DNA from: Akkermansiaceae bacterium
Lineage (GTDB): Bacteria > Verrucomicrobiota > Verrucomicrobiia > Verrucomicrobiales > Akkermansiaceae
Reading direction: 5' to 3'
DNA length: 64,000 bases
NCBI GenBank assembly: GCA_051251915.1
Contig: JBPOGF010000006.1
Span: forward strand, 117,285 to 181,284
The notes beneath the pieces were generated by a model that did no database searches, had not been told where the DNA came from, and was given only the letters and a program-made list of their open reading frames with translations. Positions 9,338 to 19,477 of the stretch are shown one piece after another (positions within the stretch are counted from its first letter, which is position 1; each line of letters begins with the position of its first letter). The translations under genes and the position numbers were made by a program.

Positions 9338-9366
9338 AAAATAGCATTGTTTGTTTCCTTAACAAA
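9338..9366 (-). promoter_or_regulatory. Putative leaderless promoter/operator of the XRE-NTPase operon
   Basis: Minus strand TTGTTA-16-TATTTT with an extended TGn -10, 6 nt before the ATG. The palindrome TTTGTT-N5-AACAAA (9350-9366) overlaps the -35. Confidence 0.4.
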
Positions 9367-9487
9367 TTAAATATAAGGGAAACTCTTGTGTCTCTAACTG
9401 TGGGAGTTTAGGTAAGAGAGATTTAGGAGACTAGAGGCAGACATTTGAGAGGGATTGTGACTGGATCTAACTGGTCTATTTTAGGTA

Positions 9488-10537
9488 TTATTCTTTTGCT
9501 TCCAGTCTAGCTTTTGAGATTTCAATGGCTGTGTGGAGTTTTTGTTGGAGGAGTTCGCGTGGGGGGAGGGCGGTTAAGTATTCGGCTACGTGGATGCCGC
9601 TTTGGTCGAGTTCTAGGAGTTCGATCTGTTCTTGTTTTTTGCCTGCGCAGAGGATGATGCCGAGTGGGGATTGCTCATCTGGTTGCTGCTCGTGCTTGGC
9701 GAGGTAGCGGAGGTAGAGTTCCATTTGCCCTTTGTATTCTGCCTTGAAGTCGCCGAGCTTGAGGTCGATGGCGATGAGGCGTTTTAGCCCACGGTGATAG
9801 AAGAGTAGGTCGATGTAGAAGTCATCTGAGTCTATCTGGATGCGGGTCTGGCGCCCGAGGAAGGCGAAGCCTGTGCCAAGCTCTAGGAGAAATGTTTCTA
9901 GCTCACGGAGGATGGCGTCTTCTAGGTCTTTCTCTAGGTAGCGGTCTTTGAGCCCGATGAAGTCTAGGATGTAGGGATCACGGAAGATGAGGTCCGGTGT
10001 AAGCTTGTCTTCCTCTCGGAGAGCGGTGAGTTCTTCTTTAGCGAGTTCTTCTGGTTTCTTGGAGATGGCGGTACGCTCGTAGAGCATGGAGCTAATCTTT
10101 GTGCGTAGCGTGCGGACGCTCCACTTTTCTAGTCGGCACATTTCGGCGTAGAAATCGCGTTGAAGCGGGTCTTTAAACGGAATAATCTCCTTGAAATGTG
10201 ACCAAGCCAATTGTTGCGACAGTGTAGCAACAATTGAAGATTCAGAGAAGTTCTCTGCAAAACTCATCATACGGGTAAGTGAAGAATAGTTAAATCCCTT
10301 GCCGAATTCCTTGCTCAATTGTGCCGACAGTGTAGACACAATCTCTTTTCCATACTCAGCACGTTCGTTATTAAGTACTTCTGTTTGGATACGTTTGCCG
10401 ATGCGCCAGTAGAGCAGTGTTATTCCAGTATTTACGGTGCGGGCAACTCCTTCGCGGGTTTGCTCGATCATGCTGCGAACGTCGGCAGTGATACCAGCGT
10501 CGCTTTGGATGATTTCTAGCTCATTGTTATCATTCAT
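9488..10537 (-). CDS. yhcG: YhcG/DUF1016 PD-(D/E)xK nuclease-domain protein
   Basis: LYWRIGKRI, RAEYG, LAWSH, RDFY, WSVRTL, RDPYILDF, FYIDLLFYHR.LKRLIAIDLK, GQMELYL and GIILC motifs. Confidence 0.93.
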   Translation of the reverse strand: MNDNNELEIIQSDAGITADVRSMIEQTREGVARTVNTGITLLYWRIGKRIQTEVLNNERAEYGKEIVSTLSAQLSKEFGKGFNYSSLTRMMSFAENFSESSIVATLSQQLAWSHFKEIIPFKDPLQRDFYAEMCRLEKWSVRTLRTKISSMLYERTAISKKPEELAKEELTALREEDKLTPDLIFRDPYILDFIGLKDRYLEKDLEDAILRELETFLLELGTGFAFLGRQTRIQIDSDDFYIDLLFYHRGLKRLIAIDLKLGDFKAEYKGQMELYLRYLAKHEQQPDEQSPLGIILCAGKKQEQIELLELDQSGIHVAEYLTALPPRELLQQKLHTAIEISKARLEAKE

Positions 10538-10634
10538 GCTTTCCCTCCATTTCTAAATGTCACTATCAATTGTGCAACCAGTGATTGCACTTTCTCTAAT
10601 GCATTAAATTGTTTCTACACTGTAGAGATAATTG
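10208..10634. repeat. Four related 29-bp imperfect palindromes (10208-10236, 10316-10344, 10567-10595, 10606-10634)
   Basis: CAATTGTTGCGACAGTGTAGCAACAATTG; CAATTGTGCCGACAGTGTAGACACAATCT; CAATTGTGCAACCAGTGATTGCACTTTCT; and, inverted, CAATTATCTCTACAGTGTAGAAACAATTT. All share CAATT-N7-CAGTG. Confidence 0.85.
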
Positions 10635-10739
10635 ATGATCATATTTGAGACTATTGAATGGTGACTTAGTTGGCAAGATTTCGTGGAGTTATTTTGATCC
10701 GTAGCTACATAGATCGCAATAGTTCTATAGGGTAATATG

Positions 10740-10771
10740 AAAAAAGCCGCTCCCTTATATGAAGCGGCTTT
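10740..10771 (-). terminator. Intrinsic terminator of thiC
   Basis: Minus strand AAAGCCGCTTCATATAAGGGAGCGGCTTTTTT. Confidence 0.85.
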
Positions 10772-10800
10772 GAAAGTGGGGTCTGCTGTATTTTGAGCTT

Positions 10801-12974
<2,174 letters not shown>

Positions 12975-13032
12975 GGCTGGGTTGATGAAGCGGTTGTTGG
13001 TTTGTTTGTTAGAGTTTTGCTAAGGTTGTGAT

Positions 13033-13242
13033 TTATCGTTTGTAGAAGGTGTGAAAGAGGACTGCTGATGCAATTGCGGCTAAGCCTGATTGGCGTCTTT
13101 CTATGGCAACAAATATACATATGAGAGTTGTGATTAATAGGATAGCTAAGAAAAGATATTTCATACCACGAACAAACAGATAGTTGTCTATGGTGAATCC
13201 AAGATCTTCTGATTTTTTCTCTGTATTCGTTTTATTTTCCAT
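13033..13242 (-). CDS. Small membrane protein between the TPP riboswitch and thiC
   Basis: 69 aa with two hydrophobic segments; ATG immediately after the riboswitch terminator U-tract; AT-rich. Confidence 0.55.
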   Translation of the reverse strand: MENKTNTEKKSEDLGFTIDNYLFVRGMKYLFLAILLITTLICIFVAIERRQSGLAAIASAVLFHTFYKR

Positions 13243-13275
13243 AAAAAATGCCTGTCATGTGGATTTGACAGGCAT
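13243..13275 (-). terminator. Riboswitch expression-platform terminator
   Basis: Minus strand ATGCCTGTCA-aatccaca-TGACAGGCAT-TTTTT, about 40 nt downstream of the aptamer. Confidence 0.85.
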
Positions 13276-13317
13276 GGATTTTCTTTTGAAATCTATTGCT
13301 TTCCTTTGATTGGAAAT

Positions 13318-13403
13318 TCGACTCCCTCCGTCGGTGTTAGCCGATTCAGGTTCGAAGAGTTTTCTTTTGAGAATCTCAGCCACTGTGGTGGCACCCCTGT
13401 CGT
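13318..13403 (-). ncRNA. TPP (THI-box) riboswitch
   Basis: Minus strand CGACAGGGGTGC...GGCTGAGA...CTCTTCGAACCTGAATCGGCTAACACCGACGGAGGGAGTCG matches the TPP consensus; upstream of thiC. Confidence 0.95.
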
Positions 13404-13586
13404 TGCGGTTAAGGTAGGTGTTGCTGGTGGGGGAGTCAAGGAAGTATGTGGTGGTGGGTTTTTGGGGGATGTGTGGATTTGCCTATTGCAGGTTTAGGAT
13501 TTTAAACTAGGTTAGGGGGACTGTTTTTTGAGGATGGGGGATGGGTAATCATCTTTGTCTTTGGGGGACTATGGAAATTATACATT

Positions 13587-14582
13587 ATGAAAAAAACTAT
13601 ATTAATCTTACTATCATCGATTATGTCACTGTCAGCGCAGATCACTTATAAGGGGAATTCAGAGACAAATAATAAGCATCTTGTGTTTGTGGCTTCTGAT
13701 CATGAATATCGTGCGGAGGAGACTTGCACTGCGCTTGCGCGAATTTTAGCGAAGCATCATGGTTATGACTGCACGGTGCTTTATGGGGTGGATGAGAATG
13801 GGGTGATAAAGGCAGGGGCTTCTAATATTAAGGGGCTAGATGCTCTGGAGAAGGCTGATGGGATGGTTTTGTTTACACGTTTCCTGGATCTGCCGGATGA
13901 GCAGATGAAGTATATTGATGAGTATTTGAAGCGTGGTGGGCCAGTGGTGGGTATGCGGACTTCATCTCATGGGTTTAAGATTCCTGAGGGGAAGACTTAT
14001 TCTAAGTATGATTTCCGTTATAAGGGTGAGGAGTTTAAGAATGGTTATGGTGAGCAGATTTTAGGTAATACTTGGGAAGGTCACTATGGGAAGAACCATA
14101 AGCAGGGGACTAGGATCCAGATTATACCTGAGCAGAAGGGGCATGTTATTTTGACTGGTGTGAAGGATGGGGCGTTTTGTTATGCTGGTGGGTATAATGG
14201 TGTCGCTCGTGAGGATTTCACTGTTCTGACGAATAGTCAGCCTATGAAGTCTATGAAGAAGGATGCTAAGCTGGATGAGTCTAAGCCGCCAGTTCCTAGT
14301 ACTTGGATACGCCATTATTCTTCTGACGATGGCAAGACGAAAGGGCGGGTGTTCCATTCGACTCAGGGAACTTCTGAGGATTTGTTAGATGCTGATTATC
14401 GTAGGATGATGGTGAATGGTATTATTTGGTCTGTGGGAGATGAGGCGACGATCAAGGCAGATAGTGATGTTTCATTTGTAGGGAAGTATGTTCCATCTAC
14501 GTTTAAGAATGGAGGTCATGTGAAGGGTGTGAAGCCTGAGGATCTTCAGGATATGGAGAGTGATATTATGCCTAGGAAGTGA
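13587..14582 (+). CDS. Secreted ThuA-like (class I glutamine amidotransferase-like fold) protein
   Basis: Signal peptide; SDHEYRAEE, LFTRF, GMRTSSH and GRVFHSTQG motifs typical of PVC ThuA-domain proteins. Confidence 0.8.
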   Translation: MKKTILILLSSIMSLSAQITYKGNSETNNKHLVFVASDHEYRAEETCTALARILAKHHGYDCTVLYGVDENGVIKAGASNIKGLDALEKADGMVLFTRFLDLPDEQMKYIDEYLKRGGPVVGMRTSSHGFKIPEGKTYSKYDFRYKGEEFKNGYGEQILGNTWEGHYGKNHKQGTRIQIIPEQKGHVILTGVKDGAFCYAGGYNGVAREDFTVLTNSQPMKSMKKDAKLDESKPPVPSTWIRHYSSDDGKTKGRVFHSTQGTSEDLLDADYRRMMVNGIIWSVGDEATIKADSDVSFVGKYVPSTFKNGGHVKGVKPEDLQDMESDIMPRK

Positions 14583-14623
14583 TTGATTGAGTATTTTATA
14601 TTGGATATTTAGTATTTAAACAT

Positions 14624-14660
14624 AAAAAGCCCGAGGCTCATAGAGTCTCGGGCTTTTTTT
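14624..14660. terminator. Bidirectional intrinsic terminator
   Basis: AAAAAGCCCGAGGCTC-ata-GAGTCTCGGGCTTTTTTT between convergent genes. Confidence 0.9.
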
Positions 14661-14679
14661 GTTGAGAATTATTACTAAC

Positions 14680-17600
14680 TTATTCTGCGGACCAGGTTTT
14701 CATGTAGGCGATGATGTCGGCTACTTCTTGGTCGCTGAGACCTAGTTGGCTGGCGCTTAGCATGAGTGACCTTTTCATGTAGGTAACTTTCTCGACCTTG
14801 CTTTTAGGGATCATTTGAACCATTCCGCCTGTGGAGGTGACGATGTAAGGGTCACCTTGTTGTAGGAGGCCGTGGACTTCTTTGCCGTCTTTAAGGATGA
14901 TTTTGCTACTTCTGAATCCGTGGGCGATGTCTGCTGATGGCATGATGATGCTGGTGGCGATGGCTTCACGTGATTGGGTTTGTCCCCATCCTTTGAGCGG
15001 TGGGCCGTAGTTGGGGCCGGTGTTCTCGACTTTGTGGCACATGACGCAGCGCATGATGGTTTGCTTGCCTTTGTCTGCGTCACCATTGAGTGCGAGGACT
15101 CTGGCTACGCGTTCTGGGCTGTTGGCGTCTGATGGCTTGTCTTCTGGGACGGTGATGGCGTTGACGGTGATTTTTTCTGGATCATAGATGCCGGTTTCAG
15201 CGAGGCGTTTTTTGATGTCCATGTCTTTCCATTCACCTGCTGCGTTTCTGAATAGCCAGTTGGATGCTGAGGTTTTGATGGCTGCGTCGTTGTCTGCTGC
15301 GATGTCAAAGAGGGCATCTGCGGCCGCTGGGTCATTGATGAATGCGATGGACTCGATGGCTAGCTCGCGTTGTGCAGCGGTGAGTTTTTTGCTGAGTGCG
15401 CGCTGCTTGAGTGCTGGGATGGCAGCTGGGTTCCAGAGTCTCCAGGTGAGTGTGGCGAATTCATCTGACCATTTTTCTGGGTTCTGGTTTTTAGGGGCGA
15501 GGCTGTCTCTGATGGCTGTCCAGATGATTTGCTCGTTTTTTGCTGCACCGAGGCCGATGGATTCGATGTAGTTTTTGTCATTGATGTCTACGTTTTTAGC
15601 GAGGGCAACGAAGATGTCTTTGGTGTCTTCTGGATTGAGGTTTCTGAGTGAGAGTGCAACGTCACGGCGGACGGCTGCATCTGGGTCGTTCATGAGTTGC
15701 TTAGCGAATGGGATGATGTTGATATCCATTCTTCTGAGCGCTCTGAGGGCAACGAGGCGTTTGTTAGCATCGGAGTCTTTGAGGAGTGCTTCACAGGCTT
15801 TCATGCCTTCTTCACCGAGGTGAGGTAGGAGCCAGATGGCTCTTGCTGCGATGTATGGGTTGGTGTCATTGAGGAGCTCTTTGAGTGCTGCGAGTGCGCC
15901 GGGCTTGTTCTCTTTGAGGAGACGGAAGCCGAGGTGTCTGACGTTTACTGCTGGGCTCTTGAGGGCTGTGATTTGTCCTGCAACTGTGTTGAGGTCAAAC
16001 TTGGGGCTGTTTGGTTTGAATCCTTTTGGTGCGATGCGGTAGATGGTTCCTGAGCAGCTGTTGTCCATGGTGCTGTGTCCTCCGACTCTGCCGTCGAACC
16101 AGTCTGTGAAGTAGATGGCGCCATCGGTTCCTACGGTGACGTCTGATGGGCGGAAGAGTAGTGCTACTTCTGCTTTTGCTTGGTCAGGGATTTGCTTTAC
16201 CTGGTCTCCTCCTGCGTATTCTCCAGTTAGATTTGTGGTGGTGAAGTTAAATCTGTTCATTTTATAGCCGGCTCCTTTTTTCTTAGGATGGTAACCGAAG
16301 ATGGTGTTTCTAGCAGCTTCGCAGGCGAGGTAGGTGCCTATCCAATTGTCACCGAGGGCACCGTTTTCGTAGAATGCTACACCTGTGGGTGAGCCGTGTC
16401 CGTAGATGTCGCCGACGTCGAATGTGCCTGGGTCGTCTTGTCTCCAGTGTGCTTGGCCGGTGGTCTGGCCTGGGCGTCTGGTGCTGCGCCACATTTGGGT
16501 TCCTTCACGGGTGAAGAATCCTGCGCTGCCGTATTCTAGGATGTATGAGTTTCTGCATGAGGCGACGTCATCGTTGTCGTTCTGGAACATTTCTCCGAGG
16601 GAGTTGATGGTTTGCTCGTATGAGTTTCTGTATCCGTGGCCGACGATTTCTGCGTTGGTTCCATCTGGGTTCATTCTGACTGTGGCTCCAGCGGTCCAGA
16701 CGTGTCCGTCGCTGCTTTTTTCACCGCCTTTGTTGTTGTTTGCGTACCATTTACCGCCGCCGCCTTTGTAGACGCCGTTGAGGGTGAATGTTTTATCGGA
16801 TTTATCGGTGAAGATGCCTCCGCAGTTGCCGTTGTTGAAATACCATTTTCCGCCTGGTCCTGCGGTGAGGGAGTGGAGTGAGTGGTCGTGTTGGCGGGCG
16901 TTGAATCCGGAGAGTAGGATTTCGCGTTTGTCTACTGCTGGGTCGTATTTGAGGTCACGGTTTACATCGGTATAGATGATGAGGTTTGGTGGCTGCGAAA
17001 CGATGATTTGGTTATCAAAGACTCCGATGCCTAGTGGGGATTCGAGGTCTGGGTCTTGGTGGAATACTTTGGTGCTGTCTGCTTTTCCGTCGCCGTTGGT
17101 GTCTTCTAGGATGAGGATGCGGTCACCTTTTTCGCGGCGGTCGCTTTTTCTGCGGTAGTTGACTCCTTCGAGCACCCACATGCGTCCGTGCTGGTCAACG
17201 TCCATGTTGGTGGGGTTGTAGAGCTGGGGGGAGGTGGCCCAGACGGTGACTTCTAGTTCGTTGTCAGTGTCGTTGGGGATAGTGAAGAGTTCTTTGGCTA
17301 CGTGAGTGGGTGGTAATGTTGGTTCCCATGTTGCGCTATCTTTGGCAGCGATGGTTTTGGTGTCTGCTGTTGGAGCGGCTGCTTTTTTCTTTTTCTTGTT
17401 TTTGGGAGCATTTAGATCTGGCTGCTTCATTGGCTTTTGCTTGTAGAGTTCTGCAGTAGGGAGTTCTATTGGCTTGCCTTCGACTGGTTTGTCTAGGTTC
17501 TCGTTGAGCATTTCTTTGGTGATTGTTTTTGACTGGACTCCGTCTGCTGGGACTTCTGCGCGGGCTACCCAGACGATGGCGTTTAGTGCGAGTTTGCGGA

Positions 17601-18357
17601 ATTCATCGATGGCCCAGTTTCTGTGGTAGTGACCGCCTACGAAGCCGATGCCTCTGCCGCCTTTGCCTTCTTCAGGTGCGCGGCACCACATGAGTGCTTG
17701 TTTGGTGCCGAAGCATTTGGCGCCTTCTGCTTTCCACATGTTGATGTACTTGATGATCTTTTCTGGGGTGGGGACGGCTGTGGCTACTGGGTGGTAGCAG
17801 TCGCACTCACTTTTGGTGGGGATCTGCATGTTGAAGTAGAACTCGTCATAGGCTGTGAAATTTTCTTTCATGCCGCGGGCGATGGGGTGAGATTTATCTG
17901 GTGTGATGTCTGCGATCCAGTGTGGGTTGACTGATATTTCATCGGTCATGTATGCGCCGATCCAGTTGGTGAAGTATTTTTTGCCTACTGCTTTAGGTGG
18001 GTGGACTCCGTAGTGCATGAACATGATGCCCATGCCTTCTTTGACTTTTTGATCTAGAAATGCGTATTTTTCACCAAATCTGCCACCGGCGTCTGCGTAG
18101 ATGATGCAGGCGTCTACTCCGTCGAAGATGGATTCATCTTTTGGCCATCCGTAGTAGTGGACTGTGGCTTCGATGTCGGCGCCGCTTTCGTTGAGTGCGT
18201 TTGCGAGTAGTGTGCATCCTGCGCGGAATTCGTGTTCGCCGTTTGAGTGGCTGGGTTTACCGGCTAGGAATAGGATTTTCTTTTTCGCAGCGGCGGTGAA
18301 AGAAGTTACTATGCTTAGGGTGAGGAACAGGATGATGGATTTGGTGATAGATCTCAT
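14680..18357 (-). CDS. PVC-type heme-binding CxxCH protein (ThuA + membrane-bound dehydrogenase-like beta-propeller + HEAT repeats + cytochrome c)
   Basis: N-terminal KPSHSNGEHEF ThuA domain; NPTNMDVDQHGRMWV, EDTNGDGKAD and HGYRNSYE; HEAT-like repeats; C-terminal CVMCH...GPPL...SLM. Confidence 0.9.
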   Translation of the reverse strand: MRSITKSIILFLTLSIVTSFTAAAKKKILFLAGKPSHSNGEHEFRAGCTLLANALNESGADIEATVHYYGWPKDESIFDGVDACIIYADAGGRFGEKYAFLDQKVKEGMGIMFMHYGVHPPKAVGKKYFTNWIGAYMTDEISVNPHWIADITPDKSHPIARGMKENFTAYDEFYFNMQIPTKSECDCYHPVATAVPTPEKIIKYINMWKAEGAKCFGTKQALMWCRAPEEGKGGRGIGFVGGHYHRNWAIDEFRKLALNAIVWVARAEVPADGVQSKTITKEMLNENLDKPVEGKPIELPTAELYKQKPMKQPDLNAPKNKKKKKAAAPTADTKTIAAKDSATWEPTLPPTHVAKELFTIPNDTDNELEVTVWATSPQLYNPTNMDVDQHGRMWVLEGVNYRRKSDRREKGDRILILEDTNGDGKADSTKVFHQDPDLESPLGIGVFDNQIIVSQPPNLIIYTDVNRDLKYDPAVDKREILLSGFNARQHDHSLHSLTAGPGGKWYFNNGNCGGIFTDKSDKTFTLNGVYKGGGGKWYANNNKGGEKSSDGHVWTAGATVRMNPDGTNAEIVGHGYRNSYEQTINSLGEMFQNDNDDVASCRNSYILEYGSAGFFTREGTQMWRSTRRPGQTTGQAHWRQDDPGTFDVGDIYGHGSPTGVAFYENGALGDNWIGTYLACEAARNTIFGYHPKKKGAGYKMNRFNFTTTNLTGEYAGGDQVKQIPDQAKAEVALLFRPSDVTVGTDGAIYFTDWFDGRVGGHSTMDNSCSGTIYRIAPKGFKPNSPKFDLNTVAGQITALKSPAVNVRHLGFRLLKENKPGALAALKELLNDTNPYIAARAIWLLPHLGEEGMKACEALLKDSDANKRLVALRALRRMDINIIPFAKQLMNDPDAAVRRDVALSLRNLNPEDTKDIFVALAKNVDINDKNYIESIGLGAAKNEQIIWTAIRDSLAPKNQNPEKWSDEFATLTWRLWNPAAIPALKQRALSKKLTAAQRELAIESIAFINDPAAADALFDIAADNDAAIKTSASNWLFRNAAGEWKDMDIKKRLAETGIYDPEKITVNAITVPEDKPSDANSPERVARVLALNGDADKGKQTIMRCVMCHKVENTGPNYGPPLKGWGQTQSREAIATSIIMPSADIAHGFRSSKIILKDGKEVHGLLQQGDPYIVTSTGGMVQMIPKSKVEKVTYMKRSLMLSASQLGLSDQEVADIIAYMKTWSAE

Positions 18358-18469
18358 GGTTGGATGATGTGTTATACGCTATACGTTCGATTATTGTGAT
18401 TATTACTGCTTTAGGTTTTTTTCCTAGGAATTAATTGTTTTTTGGAGTCGAGTCTTTTATAGATAGGGT

Positions 18470-19396
18470 ATGCCAAAGATGAAAGTTTCGGAGAAGGTCG
18501 ACATCGGTGTTTCGGTGGAGAAAGTTTATGCGTATCTTCATAACTTTAAGAACTGGAGTGAGTGGTCGCCGTGGTTGGTGTGTGAGAGGGACTGTGCATT
18601 ACAGTTTTCTGATGACTCTAGGGAGTGGTATAGCTGGGATGGTAAGTATGTGGGGGCTGGGAGGATGTCGCTTAAAAAGACAGTGGAGAATGAAGGATTT
18701 GACTACTTTTTGGAATTCCTGAAGCCGTGGAAATCTAAGGCTGATGTGAAATTTGATCTAACAGAAACTGAGGGAGGGGTTGAGGTGGTGTGGACGATGG
18801 ATAGTAGCTTGCCGTGGTTTATGTGGTGGCTGAAGCCGATGATGGAGCGGATGATAGCGATGGATTATCAGCGTGGGCTTAAGATGTTGAAGGAGGTTTT
18901 GGAGACGGGGAGGGTGGATTCTAAGCTTGAGTATGCTGAGGATGTGTCGTTTCCGGCGAGGGGGTATTTGGGGATTAAGAGTGTGTGTTTGATGGATGAG
19001 ATGGCGGAGAGGATGGGAGGAGACTTTGAAAAACTTACCTCTAGGGTTAAGGAAATGGGGGTAGAGGGGACGGAATTTTTTACGATTTACGAGAAGTGGA
19101 ATTTATCTAGGGGAGAGGTGGTTTATACGGTTTGTGTGGGGGTGGATGGTGAGGTGGCTGATGTGCCAGAAGGATTTGTGGTTGGGGTGAGGGAGGCTTG
19201 TGATGCGTTTGTGGTGACGCATCGTGGTGGGTACGATCATCTGGGGAATGCTTGGTCTGCGGGGATGATGCGTGCGCGGTCTAAGCCGCCGGTGTTTAAG
19301 CAGAGTAAGAAGGAGATGCCGTTTGAGGTATATGATACAGGGCCGGGGTGTGAGGGTGAGGAGGTTGTTACACGGGTGGTGATGCCGGTGGGGTAA
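18470..19396 (+). CDS. SRPBCC domain + GyrI-like effector-binding domain protein
   Basis: WSEWSPW, YSWDG...GAG and DYQRGLKMLK (SRPBCC); HRGGYDHLGNAW and PFEVY (GyrI-like). Confidence 0.85.
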   Translation: MPKMKVSEKVDIGVSVEKVYAYLHNFKNWSEWSPWLVCERDCALQFSDDSREWYSWDGKYVGAGRMSLKKTVENEGFDYFLEFLKPWKSKADVKFDLTETEGGVEVVWTMDSSLPWFMWWLKPMMERMIAMDYQRGLKMLKEVLETGRVDSKLEYAEDVSFPARGYLGIKSVCLMDEMAERMGGDFEKLTSRVKEMGVEGTEFFTIYEKWNLSRGEVVYTVCVGVDGEVADVPEGFVVGVREACDAFVVTHRGGYDHLGNAWSAGMMRARSKPPVFKQSKKEMPFEVYDTGPGCEGEEVVTRVVMPVG

Positions 19397-19423
19397 GTTA
19401 GCGGTGATCAGTTAGCAGTGATC
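19396..19423. repeat. Heptamer tandem repeat block
   Basis: AGTTAGC GGTGATC AGTTAGC AGTGATC. Confidence 0.8.
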
Positions 19424-19448
19424 GGGGGCTTGGGTTGATGATGGGTTT

Positions 19449-19471
19449 ATCGACCGGGAGGTCGATGCCAC
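19449..19471 (-). repeat. REP-like palindrome
   Basis: Minus strand GTGG-C-ATCGACC-TCCC-GGTCGAT: a GTGG tetranucleotide followed by a perfect 7-bp hairpin, between convergent genes. Confidence 0.6.
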
Positions 19472-19477
19472 GGGGGT

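Noticed and set aside
10208..10634. Palindromic repeats as a CRISPR array
   Set aside because: Copies are not identical, spacing is irregular, one is inverted, two are inside a gene, and no cas genes are present.
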